Shown here: positions 32,718-41,162 of the stretch, piece after piece
How the letters are laid out: each line of letters begins with the position of its first letter
Numbering within the stretch: position 1 is the first letter of the stretch
Virus record (IMG/VR): IMGVR_UViG_3300045580_000267
Location: 1 to 41,162 of that record
Origin: a virus
Lineage: Duplodnaviria > Caudoviricetes
Strand: one strand, 5' to 3'
DNA length: 41,162 nucleotides
Translations under genes and position numbers: made by a program
Notes under the pieces: model-generated
Told to the model about the DNA's origin: nothing
The model's database searches: none
Seen by the model: the letters and a program-made list of their open reading frames with translations, nothing else

Positions 32718-35700
32718 TCACTTGCTTTCGTTGTCCAGCTTCTTCATCAAACCTTGGATACGGGAACGGCGCGTGTTTTCTTGCTTCATCGCGTCGGATC
32801 CGCGCGGTGTGTCATACCCAAAAAGTTTCTTCAGACGGGCCCGCGTTTTCTCATCAAGGTCCGGGCTCTTCACAATCTTCAGAGAAACCTCGGCGTCTGG
32901 CGGCACCAAGTACTTGTCGAATACCTCGGAACCAACTTGGCGTTCCTGCGGCTCACCATCACCAAGGCTGAGATTGGGAGCTTCTTTAACCAGCGACTCA
33001 GTGGCCGTTGTCGGCAAGCGAGTGTTCATGATCTTTTCGAGCTTTTCGCTCTCCAAGAAGGCGTCGCTCTGGCCAAAGCTGTGCGCGGAAAACAAACTTG
33101 GATACTTCACAACTGCGCGCAACATCTGATCGGACATTGTTTCAGATGCTTTTTGCAGGCTGGCAACGGTCTCTGAGTTGCCCGCCGCTTTAACCATTTG
33201 CGAAATGGTCATTGGCTTGCTGTACGTGTGACGCTTTCTGTTTTCTTCGGTGCTGCCAATATCCCATCCCGAATAAACAACGGGGTTGACAACATCTTCC
33301 TGACCTTTGCCGTCAGGCTTGTCCCGAGTAACGATTAAATCGTTGGCCTTCATGTACTTGTACAAAGCGTGGGCTTTTATGCCGCCATTTGCGGCCACGT
33401 CCTTTGCAGCAAAGTTGTTCAGGAAGTTGGTCTTATCGGCCGGGCTGACTCTGGCAAACATCATCGCTGTTGCCGGATTAATGGTGGCATCCGAACGATT
33501 CATGACCGACGAAAGATTTGCTCTCAACCATTCGGCGGTTTGAGTGGTCGTCATTGCAGACGACTTTGTATCAAGGCCAAACATGGCTCTGGCTTCGTGA
33601 AGAAACTTCAAAGCGACCGGATCGCTTTCAAAGCGCTTTTCAAGAACCTGAATCTGGGCTGCGCGAAGACCCGTTCTTTCTTTGACCCAGTTTGGGTCTC
33701 CGTGCTTTCCGGCAAACATTCTGGAGAAGCCAGAGCTCACTCCTGAAATGTTGCTGATGTCGTTCCAGAACTCCGAGTACGTTGAAGCGGTGGTGCCAGA
33801 TTGCCGCGCAACATCTGCATACTTTGTGACGATCTTCTGCAAGTCGGCGATGTCTTCGCCGTGCTTTTTCGCCCACTCTTCCTCCGACATGCCGGAAGAA
33901 AAAATCAGCTCGGATTTCTTGGTTTGGAATGCTTTGCCCTGAGATCGAGCCCAAGCCGCACGCTCTGATGCGGCGGCACCAATGTCCGAACGAATCATCT
34001 GCTGCTTTTGCTCTTCTTGACGCAAGCCAGTCAGGTGAACCAGCTTTGCAATCTCAAGAACGCTTGGCTCCCGGTAGTAATCGCCTCTACTGATTGCGTC
34101 TTGACGCTCAGCGTCAAGGTTTCGCATCACATCTTCAAACGCTGGGTTCTTTTCCAGCTCCGATTCCCCACCGATGGTCCCAGTATATCCAGCAACACTG
34201 TACTGAATGCGCTTGTTGCCATCGTTCCACGCAACAAAGCCAGTCTTGTTGAGGCCAACGTCGGTGCGCAAAAGCGCGTAAGGAACTTGGCGACCAGCTA
34301 TGTCGCTGGCACCAGTGACATCATCTCCTGCAATGGAAATCTGATCGCTGAGCATTTCATCAGCAGCCTTTTTCAGCATCTCGGCTTCAGACATCTTGTC
34401 GCCAAGACCTTGCTTCTTCATGTCTTGTGTTCGCTGAAGAAGCTCCATCTCAAAGTCAACGCGTGAGTACGCTGGCAGGTTTTTGAGTTCTCCTGCTGAC
34501 AAACCTCTTCCACCTGAAGGTGGCAACTGATTCAGCATCTTCTGGTATCGGTCGTCGATGAAATCCTTCTTGGCGATCTCATCTTTCTGCGTGACGGTTG
34601 CGCTACCAACCGCCGATGCCCATCGATTCTTGGCATCGGTTAGGTCTTGGTTGTTGAGCCGAAAGCGCCACACGCGGTCGATCTCGTCGGCGCTCTTGTA
34701 GTTTGTGCGCCACTGCTGAGGAGTTAGCGCCGTCATGCTTTCGCGCTCCCCGGGTTTGGTTGTGAAACGCTTGCCTTCGTTCCACCACTCGCGAAGTTTG
34801 GGGGCAAGACCGTATTGCTCCACCTGCGCTGCAAGAGCTGATGGCATCTGCTCAAAGTCGAGCTGCTGATTTTGGTCCTGCATGGCCCACGCAGTAAATG
34901 CATCCCCAACTTGCTTTTCTGCTCTTTGACGAACAGCCTCCGCTTGTTCGGCATCTCTTCCAAGATGATTTTTAATCATCTGAGCTTCTTCGGCGTCAAT
35001 CTTGCCGGAGGCCACGTCCTCATCAATCTGATCGCTGATAAGGTCAACCTTGGCCCAGTCGCTGTAGCCTTCATACATCATGTCGGCCGTTTGCCTCCAC
35101 AATGCGGCGGCCGACACCGTGTCGTCCTTCTTCAATCCAGCCTTAACGGTGCGCTGCGACACGTTTGACGCTTGGCCCGACATCTCGTCCTTGTAGCGTT
35201 CGTAGTATGCCTGCGCGCGCACGCCGTTGTCGTCAGAGAGTGCGGCAATGGCGGCAGAGTGAAGCTGGTTGCGAGATTCGCGCAGCAGCTCTACGCGGCG
35301 AGGATCGTTGGCCGCGTAACCAAGCATGTCGGCCTTCTTGGTGACGTAGTCCTCCATCGTCTTCTTGTTCTGGAGGTAGCGATTCACCTCGCCGGGCTGA
35401 GGCTTCGCGTCAAACTCGGTTACGTGCTTAATCGCGTCGGCGCGAAAGTTGTTCTCGCTTGCCTCAGTCTGCCCAATGTGAAAGATCTTCTGCTGCCTGC
35501 CGAAGTGGTCGTCGACGTCGCGCTTGAAAGCAAACATGCGCTTGTCGGCGTTGAGGCGGAACAGCCTCTTCTGCATCGGGTTCTCGAGGCTGTCCTCGAT
35601 TTCCTTGACCTTTTGGTAGACGCTGTCGAGGGTGGGCTGGTACTTGGTCTGCGAGTCCTCGCCAAGCGTGTACTTGTAGCCCGTCTGCGGGTTGTCGTAC

Positions 35701-35948
35701 GCGTCCGCGAGGGTGTCGCGCAGGCGATTGTCGGCCTGCATCGCGCGCGCTTCGTTGAGCTGGTCTTCTTGGCGTTCGAAGTACGCGTTCAGTCTGGTGA
35801 CCCCTCGACCAAGCTGCTCGACGTTTTGGCCAAGCTGCATGAACTGCTTGCCAGTGAAGTCCTCAATCGGGGTCGTCCCGGGGGCCTGATAAGGAGCGAT
35901 TCCACCAACCTGCTGGTTGACGGACGGAACACGAGGGATCTGGACCAT
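32718..35948 (-). CDS. Internal virion protein (T7 gp15 position), 1076 aa
   Basis: Long helical protein between the gp14-like gene and the giant gene, with 1-12 nt gaps. Confidence 0.75.
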   Translation of the reverse strand: MVQIPRVPSVNQQVGGIAPYQAPGTTPIEDFTGKQFMQLGQNVEQLGRGVTRLNAYFERQEDQLNEARAMQADNRLRDTLADAYDNPQTGYKYTLGEDSQTKYQPTLDSVYQKVKEIEDSLENPMQKRLFRLNADKRMFAFKRDVDDHFGRQQKIFHIGQTEASENNFRADAIKHVTEFDAKPQPGEVNRYLQNKKTMEDYVTKKADMLGYAANDPRRVELLRESRNQLHSAAIAALSDDNGVRAQAYYERYKDEMSGQASNVSQRTVKAGLKKDDTVSAAALWRQTADMMYEGYSDWAKVDLISDQIDEDVASGKIDAEEAQMIKNHLGRDAEQAEAVRQRAEKQVGDAFTAWAMQDQNQQLDFEQMPSALAAQVEQYGLAPKLREWWNEGKRFTTKPGERESMTALTPQQWRTNYKSADEIDRVWRFRLNNQDLTDAKNRWASAVGSATVTQKDEIAKKDFIDDRYQKMLNQLPPSGGRGLSAGELKNLPAYSRVDFEMELLQRTQDMKKQGLGDKMSEAEMLKKAADEMLSDQISIAGDDVTGASDIAGRQVPYALLRTDVGLNKTGFVAWNDGNKRIQYSVAGYTGTIGGESELEKNPAFEDVMRNLDAERQDAISRGDYYREPSVLEIAKLVHLTGLRQEEQKQQMIRSDIGAAASERAAWARSQGKAFQTKKSELIFSSGMSEEEWAKKHGEDIADLQKIVTKYADVARQSGTTASTYSEFWNDISNISGVSSGFSRMFAGKHGDPNWVKERTGLRAAQIQVLEKRFESDPVALKFLHEARAMFGLDTKSSAMTTTQTAEWLRANLSSVMNRSDATINPATAMMFARVSPADKTNFLNNFAAKDVAANGGIKAHALYKYMKANDLIVTRDKPDGKGQEDVVNPVVYSGWDIGSTEENRKRHTYSKPMTISQMVKAAGNSETVASLQKASETMSDQMLRAVVKYPSLFSAHSFGQSDAFLESEKLEKIMNTRLPTTATESLVKEAPNLSLGDGEPQERQVGSEVFDKYLVPPDAEVSLKIVKSPDLDEKTRARLKKLFGYDTPRGSDAMKQENTRRSRIQGLMKKLDNESK

Positions 35949-35960
35949 GGTGCCTTTGGG

Positions 35961-36620
35961 TTAGAAGTCGCTGGCGTATGCCCCGCGCGTGCGAGCAACC
36001 GACCACTGGTAGGCCGTTTGCCCGGCGCTGCCGAGAAGGGTTGAAAAAGCCTGCATGCCGGGCTTGATGGACCCGGCGCTGACGCCGAGGTTGCGCGCGC
36101 TGAGGCCAGCCATCGTCGACTGCGCGCGGTAGTTAATCGCTTGCGTCTGCGCTGCCTCGGCGGCGCGGAGGGCGTTGGCGTTGATCGTCAGGACGTCAAT
36201 CTCCTTGACGATGTCGCCCGTCGCCATGATCTCGGCGGTGCTTCCGACACCGGCCTGCACGCCACGAGCAGCCAGCGACGCCTGCGCGGACGCCTTCTGC
36301 TGGCCAGCCTGCATCGTGTATTGCCCAATCTGGCGCTCGCCTGCCTGCCTTTCGGCGTCGGCCGCAGCCTCAGCGGCGCGAGCGTTAATCGCGCTCATCG
36401 TCGACTGAAACTGGGCCGACAACTGCTGCGACTTGAGTTGGTACTTCTGCGTCTTGGCCTCGTAGAAGCTGCCAACGGCATTCTGAAGTGCGCCGTAGAT
36501 TGACAGAATCAGACCGGCCTGAGCCAACGACGACATGGGCTGCTGCACTGGCGCGCCCGCGCCCGCGTCCATGTTGATGTTGAACCGCTGGTTGGGAATG
36601 CCTCCAGATCCTCCACTCAT
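35961..36620 (-). CDS. Internal virion protein (T7 gp14-like)
   Basis: Ala/Gln/Gly-rich; QASLAARGVQAGVGST motif; follows tail tube B. Confidence 0.75.
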   Translation of the reverse strand: MSGGSGGIPNQRFNINMDAGAGAPVQQPMSSLAQAGLILSIYGALQNAVGSFYEAKTQKYQLKSQQLSAQFQSTMSAINARAAEAAADAERQAGERQIGQYTMQAGQQKASAQASLAARGVQAGVGSTAEIMATGDIVKEIDVLTINANALRAAEAAQTQAINYRAQSTMAGLSARNLGVSAGSIKPGMQAFSTLLGSAGQTAYQWSVARTRGAYASDF

Positions 36621-36621
36621 G

Positions 36622-39600
36622 TCAGCTTCCTCCGATTGAAACTTCAGTCGTCATCGAGAGAACGTTCAGCGGCAACGGGTCAGACTGCCTGATAAGCACG
36701 CTGCCGTCCCAGTCCCACGTGGGATGGATCAACACGTCGACGTTGCCACTCTGCAGGGATGGCGTCGTTGCGTATGGGTCAGTCTTGGTGAGCGTCGTCG
36801 ACGTCGGGCCAACAACAAACCCGGCGCTCTGGTACACGCGGAAGGCCACCTTGCTCACGTTCTTGGCCGTCGCCTGACCAAACGCCTCCATCTGGACGAC
36901 CATGGGCAGGGTCTTCAGGTCGCTCGTGTAGGCGAGGCCGATGCTTGCCTTGTAGACCGGATACGCAAGCGTCACCGAGCCTCCCGACACCACGCGCGTC
37001 GGGTGAACCTTGCCATCGGCAAGGATGGCGACAGTCTTGCCGTTCAGATGATCGAGGCCACCGATGGACGTGACCGCCGTGATGCTCGAGAACGTGATGC
37101 CTGCGTCAACGAAGTAGGCGTCGGCAAGCGTCGCAAACTTCTGCGACACCATACGCTCCACGTAGCGCACCGGGGCCGCAACGGTGCCTCGGTTGACCAC
37201 GACGTAGAGGTGGTCCTCCTCGCCCTCGGAGACGACGCAGCAGGACTCAAAGATGCCCTGCGTTGTGTGCTGGTGCCAAGCGCCAACCTGCTCTTCGGGC
37301 ACGTAGGCAAAGCTCAAGAGCTTGCCGCTCGTCGACACCATCCAGATGATGCTCGATGGCGACTTCTGGTAAGCCATCTGGACGATCTCGTAGTCGTCAA
37401 AGAGGTGCGACGCACGCAGGCTGAGGTCGCCAGTGACGTAGCCGCTACTCTGCCAGTTGTAGCCGAGCTCGCGAACGTGACCTCCGCGACCCGCCGCGTA
37501 CACGCACACATTGTTGATCGTGACCGGCTGAACCGTCGACGCGCCAACGTAGGACTGCGGGCGAACGCTGATGGAGTAGGGAGTCAGGGCGTCCTGATTA
37601 ACCGACGTAACGCGCCACTCGGCGCTGTTCGTCAGGGCAATCATCTCGGCCATTGGGACCAAATGCCGGATCGTGTTCGACTCACGCGCCGCGACCTGAA
37701 AAAAGATTCTGTCGTTGTCGCGCGTTGGGAGCGAGTAACTCATGTCTCGCTCGGTTGCAGACTTCGTCATCCAGATGGCCTGCGGCTGATTCAGTGTTCC
37801 AGCCAGCGAACGACGCTGCTCGAAGTACGTTACGGCCCCGGGGTAGTTGCTCGTCGATGAAAAGACGTCGTCGTAAATGGGCGGCGTCGTGCCCATGTCG
37901 GGCGCAATGTTGTCGTCGACAAAGGACGTGGTCGCGGTCTGACCGATGTACCCGTAGAGGCCGGACTGTTCCTTGTACACGTTGTAGCGCGTGGCCCCGG
38001 TCACCGCGTCCCACGTGATCGTGTTGCGCGCGCCCGTCATGTACAGGTTGTTGAGCGAGGTGACCGCAACGGACGGAAGCGACTCCGTCAGGTCTGATGC
38101 TACGGCAGTTACTTTGTAGTTGTTGGAAATGCCCGTGCGCGCGCTGGCAAACTGCGCGCGACCATTTATCGGGTAAATGTCAACATTGAAGGTGTTGACA
38201 GCAGCTCCGCCTTCAAGATTCGCCCAAGTTATCCGGCTTCCGCCGGTCGGAGCCGTCCAAATCTCATAGTTGTTGGTGGTTGGGTTGCGAACGTAAGCAA
38301 ACGATGCCGAACCAACCTCATATGACCCAATGCCAGTTGGCCAGTTAAACCCGCTATTAAATCGGCGAAACTGGATCTTTGCGCCAGTAAGCAACCCGTG
38401 GTTTGTGTGAACAACAAGAGAGGTGGAGTTTGTTCCGCTGAATGTTATATGAACCGCAAAAGGGTCTTCAGCCCCTGAGTCATAAACCTTGACAATAAAC
38501 CGAGTCAATGTTATCGCGGATTTGACAACAAAAAACGATTCATTGTATGAGCCTACAGGAACGTCGAAAAAGTAAACGCTGTCACCCTTAACGTACCCAT
38601 GTTCATCAATCGTTGTAATGCTAACTTCGTTGTTGCTGGCACTTGCCGCATTATTGATAAGAGTGATTTGCGATCCGACGCCAAGCGTGCGCTGTGCCGT
38701 GACGTTGATCGGCGCTGATAGACTCGCGGCAAAGGTGACTGGCTTGTAGTCCCACTTGATCGCGCCGTAGCGCCGGATCTCGGCCACGGGGTACTTCTGG
38801 TGGGCCAGAGTCAAGACGTCGTTTGACTGGACGTAGTTGATCGAGAACAGGTCCTCTTCCTTGTACGGGCTCGGTAGCTCGTACTCGCCAGTTGCTGGCT
38901 GTGCATACCAGTACGTTGAAGCAACAACGGCTGGGGCGTTTTCTTCTGGGTAGTCCTGCAGGCACACGTAGACGCTGCCGCTGAACGTGACCAAGTCGCC
39001 AGCCGTGTAGACGTAGTGCGCGCGGATGTCGTTGGCACCAGAAGCTCCAAAGTCGATGCCAGTTCCGGCCAAGGCATCTGCCTTCGTTGCGCAGATTTTA
39101 ATATCTGTCGAGCTAACGCTTTTTACGTAGTAAACGGTCCCGGTCTTGAGCGGAGTTGGAAGAGGATTTGCAGTTCCCTGAGTCAGCGTGATTGCGTCGC
39201 CGTCAACAAATGGATTCACCGTAAACGAGACGATGTCGGTAGTTGAGTTGACCGCCGTCGACGTTCTCGGCCCAATGTAGGTGGCGGGCGCGCTTCCCCC
39301 GGTCGGCACGAGGAGCGGCTGACCAAGCGAGTAGAAGCGAATGTAGCCGGATGTGTTGGCGTCCTCTGCGCCGAGCTCGATCACGACGGTCTGCGTCGTG
39401 CTGAACGTGAACGGAATCAGCCGGGACTTGCGCGTACTCAGCCCGCCGGTCGCCTTCGTCTGGCGCACGAACTTCGTGCCGGGGCGGTTCATGACGTGGC
39501 CCTCCGGCTTCGTGATCATGTTCAAAAGCGTGGCGGCACCGATCTGGTACTTGTTGTCGTCGATGCGCCCGAACATTTCGGGGCTGATTTCTCCGCCACC

Positions 39601-39633
39601 GAAGGACCGAGTGAATACGCGCGGGTTTGGCAT
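36622..39633 (-). CDS. Tail tubular protein B / nozzle (T7 gp12-like) with insertions
   Basis: SFGGGEISPEMFGRID, RPGTKFV, RLIPFTFS, VQSNDVL, YPGAVTYFEQR, VGAWHQH motifs; 1003 aa. Confidence 0.9.
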   Translation of the reverse strand: MPNPRVFTRSFGGGEISPEMFGRIDDNKYQIGAATLLNMITKPEGHVMNRPGTKFVRQTKATGGLSTRKSRLIPFTFSTTQTVVIELGAEDANTSGYIRFYSLGQPLLVPTGGSAPATYIGPRTSTAVNSTTDIVSFTVNPFVDGDAITLTQGTANPLPTPLKTGTVYYVKSVSSTDIKICATKADALAGTGIDFGASGANDIRAHYVYTAGDLVTFSGSVYVCLQDYPEENAPAVVASTYWYAQPATGEYELPSPYKEEDLFSINYVQSNDVLTLAHQKYPVAEIRRYGAIKWDYKPVTFAASLSAPINVTAQRTLGVGSQITLINNAASASNNEVSITTIDEHGYVKGDSVYFFDVPVGSYNESFFVVKSAITLTRFIVKVYDSGAEDPFAVHITFSGTNSTSLVVHTNHGLLTGAKIQFRRFNSGFNWPTGIGSYEVGSASFAYVRNPTTNNYEIWTAPTGGSRITWANLEGGAAVNTFNVDIYPINGRAQFASARTGISNNYKVTAVASDLTESLPSVAVTSLNNLYMTGARNTITWDAVTGATRYNVYKEQSGLYGYIGQTATTSFVDDNIAPDMGTTPPIYDDVFSSTSNYPGAVTYFEQRRSLAGTLNQPQAIWMTKSATERDMSYSLPTRDNDRIFFQVAARESNTIRHLVPMAEMIALTNSAEWRVTSVNQDALTPYSISVRPQSYVGASTVQPVTINNVCVYAAGRGGHVRELGYNWQSSGYVTGDLSLRASHLFDDYEIVQMAYQKSPSSIIWMVSTSGKLLSFAYVPEEQVGAWHQHTTQGIFESCCVVSEGEEDHLYVVVNRGTVAAPVRYVERMVSQKFATLADAYFVDAGITFSSITAVTSIGGLDHLNGKTVAILADGKVHPTRVVSGGSVTLAYPVYKASIGLAYTSDLKTLPMVVQMEAFGQATAKNVSKVAFRVYQSAGFVVGPTSTTLTKTDPYATTPSLQSGNVDVLIHPTWDWDGSVLIRQSDPLPLNVLSMTTEVSIGGS

Positions 39634-39635
39634 GG

Positions 39636-40943
39636 TTACCTACCAGACATCCAAGGGGTAATCTGCTCGGGCTTGATGTTGCGTTGCGTTGCGTCGTGGC
39701 TTTCGGCCTTGCCAAGGTACGCGGCGAGCATCTGCTGGCAGCGTTTGGCCTCAGCGGAGCCCTGATCGCCCTTGATGATCGGGCCAGCCAGCATCGAGGC
39801 AAGGTGCCAAGAAAGGGCCACCACGAACGTTTGCGAGAACGTCCGCGAATCGGTGGTCCTGTAGACGTACCGCACCATCGCGTTCGGCTGGTCGGTGTAG
39901 ATCACCTGCTCGCCGTCCTCGTTGGTTTCGATGCTGTACGCCTGCGGGTTGTACATGCCAGCGGCGATGATCGGCGCTGTGTAGTACGTGCCTCCGGCCG
40001 GAGCGAACGTCGTGCTGTAGTCGTCGGACGCATCAGGCGGCAAGACGGCGACAATCTTGGCAGCGTTCGCCGGGAGGGCGTACGCGTAGTCGTACTCGGT
40101 GGACGTGTTCGTGACCTCAACAAGCGCCTCGCGGCGCATGGCGAAGTTCCACTGCTGCATCTCAAGTAGGCTGTCGCGAGCAATCGGGTAGAACGTTGCG
40201 CAGTACGAGCTCTGGACGCTGCCGTCAGTCGGATTGATGCTCGTGATCTTGTTCCCTTCGCCGATGTGCGAGAGTGCCAAGTTGCAGATATCCACCGCCG
40301 TCGTTCCCGCGCGCGAGACCTTCTCCCACACGTTGAACGCCGCAGTTTCCCACTGCGTCAGACCAGCGCCGCTGAAGTGAGCCGAATCTCCGGGGATCTT
40401 TAAAAACTCATTGGTTTCGAAGGTGCCCATGTAGGGATCTTCGTAGGCGAGTTTTTGCACGGCGTCGCGAACGAGCTCGGCACTTTCTGCAGTGCTGTTC
40501 GTGGCCCAAGGCTCCGTCGTGATCTTGCCCTGAATCCACGGAATCGTTTCGGCAAGGCCGCTGTACATGCCACGGTCCTTGATGGCTTGGCGCACAAGGC
40601 TTTTGAACGTGCGCAAGTTGTCTTCGTAAGCGTTCGCCCAAACTGCGTTTGCTGTATCGCTTTCGCCCTGCGACATAAACACGCCTACAACTTCAAGCGT
40701 GTTGCCTTCCGACGCGGCTGCGGCAACAGCGGTATCGAGGATGTCGAGGAAGCGCGTGTACAGACTCTTGGAGGCTCCGGGCGACCAGTTGCTGTGGGCC
40801 GTCGTGTCAAACCATGCGGCGCGCGATGGACTGAGTCCGATGGCACCAAAAGTGAAGCCCTGCTCGTTTTGGGCCAAGCAAGTGCTTCCGACGCCAAGAT
40901 TGCAAACGTAGATTTCCTCGCCAAGGGCCTGCTTGAGGCGCAT
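39636..40943 (-). CDS. SGNH/SASA-like esterase domain fused to tail tubular protein A (T7 gp11-like adaptor); 5' end uncertain
   Basis: N-terminal half has FMSQGESD and DSAHF (SGNH blocks III and V). C-terminal half has VDICNLALSHIG...WNFA...YAYALP, typical of tail tubular A. Confidence 0.85.
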   Translation of the reverse strand: MRLKQALGEEIYVCNLGVGSTCLAQNEQGFTFGAIGLSPSRAAWFDTTAHSNWSPGASKSLYTRFLDILDTAVAAAASEGNTLEVVGVFMSQGESDTANAVWANAYEDNLRTFKSLVRQAIKDRGMYSGLAETIPWIQGKITTEPWATNSTAESAELVRDAVQKLAYEDPYMGTFETNEFLKIPGDSAHFSGAGLTQWETAAFNVWEKVSRAGTTAVDICNLALSHIGEGNKITSINPTDGSVQSSYCATFYPIARDSLLEMQQWNFAMRREALVEVTNTSTEYDYAYALPANAAKIVAVLPPDASDDYSTTFAPAGGTYYTAPIIAAGMYNPQAYSIETNEDGEQVIYTDQPNAMVRYVYRTTDSRTFSQTFVVALSWHLASMLAGPIIKGDQGSAEAKRCQQMLAAYLGKAESHDATQRNIKPEQITPWMSGR

Positions 40944-41162
40944 TGCGAGACCGACTTGGCGGGTTTCGCAAAAGGTTCCAGTAGTATGGAACGCTGTAGG
41001 AGTTCGGGTAGTTGAACCCCGGGGGGAACGGGTTTGTCTTGTTGGCCGGAGCGGTCAGCGTGCTGTAAATCTTTCCTTCGAGCTTGGTCCAAGGAAAGAA
41101 GTAGCCCCACTTGTCAAAGCGCCCAGTCGGGGTGTTGGTCTTGTACCAGTTGCCCGTCTGCA
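40807..41162 (-). CDS. Partial upstream frame, probably the 5' part of the esterase-adaptor gene (frameshifted)
   Basis: Open from the window end; protein-like (NWYKTNTPTGRFDKWGYFFPW...FNYPNSYSVPYYWN) until about 40975, then unprotein-like to TGA at 40807. Confidence 0.5.
   Translation of the reverse strand, partial: QTGNWYKTNTPTGRFDKWGYFFPWTKLEGKIYSTLTAPANKTNPFPPGFNYPNSYSVPYYWNLLRNPPSRSRNAPQAGPWRGNLRLQSWRRKHLLGPKRAGLHFWCHRTQSIARRMV

Overview
About 41 kb of a GC-rich tailed dsDNA phage genome with podovirus architecture (BPP-1/T7-type portal, tail tubular A/B and ejected internal virion proteins). The major capsid, scaffold, integrase and repressor genes were not recognised in this window. 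Layout: (1) 1-9611, minus strand: late/packaging block with virion-associated genes, portal, GNAT, TerL, TerS and an HTH protein; (2) 9640-16009, plus strand: early operon of small genes behind a sigma70-like promoter, including an Ocr-like acidic protein and a secreted i-type (destabilase-like) lysozyme; (3) 16006-19226, minus strand: replication block with a DUF1376/YdaU-like initiator carrying an internal iteron origin, a DnaC-like loader, an SSB-like protein and RusA; (4) 19387-21602, plus strand: YqaJ/RecT/HTH; (5) 21707-41162, minus strand: possible lysis genes, a 3441-aa polyvalent protein, internal virion proteins and tail tubes B and A. The strongest non-coding signal is three type III hammerhead ribozymes with compensatory stem changes (9986-10044, 10699-10755, 11929-11981). 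Each has its predicted cut 70-77 nt upstream of an early gene, and they follow a boxA-like element and a hairpin-rich leader, suggesting a self-processing early transcript. Also seen: a three-copy GTGCCCGTA-N16-TA candidate late promoter, a second iteron-like array next to terS, and an SGNH/SASA esterase fused to tail tubular protein A. All protein calls come from motif recognition by eye; no database searches were run.
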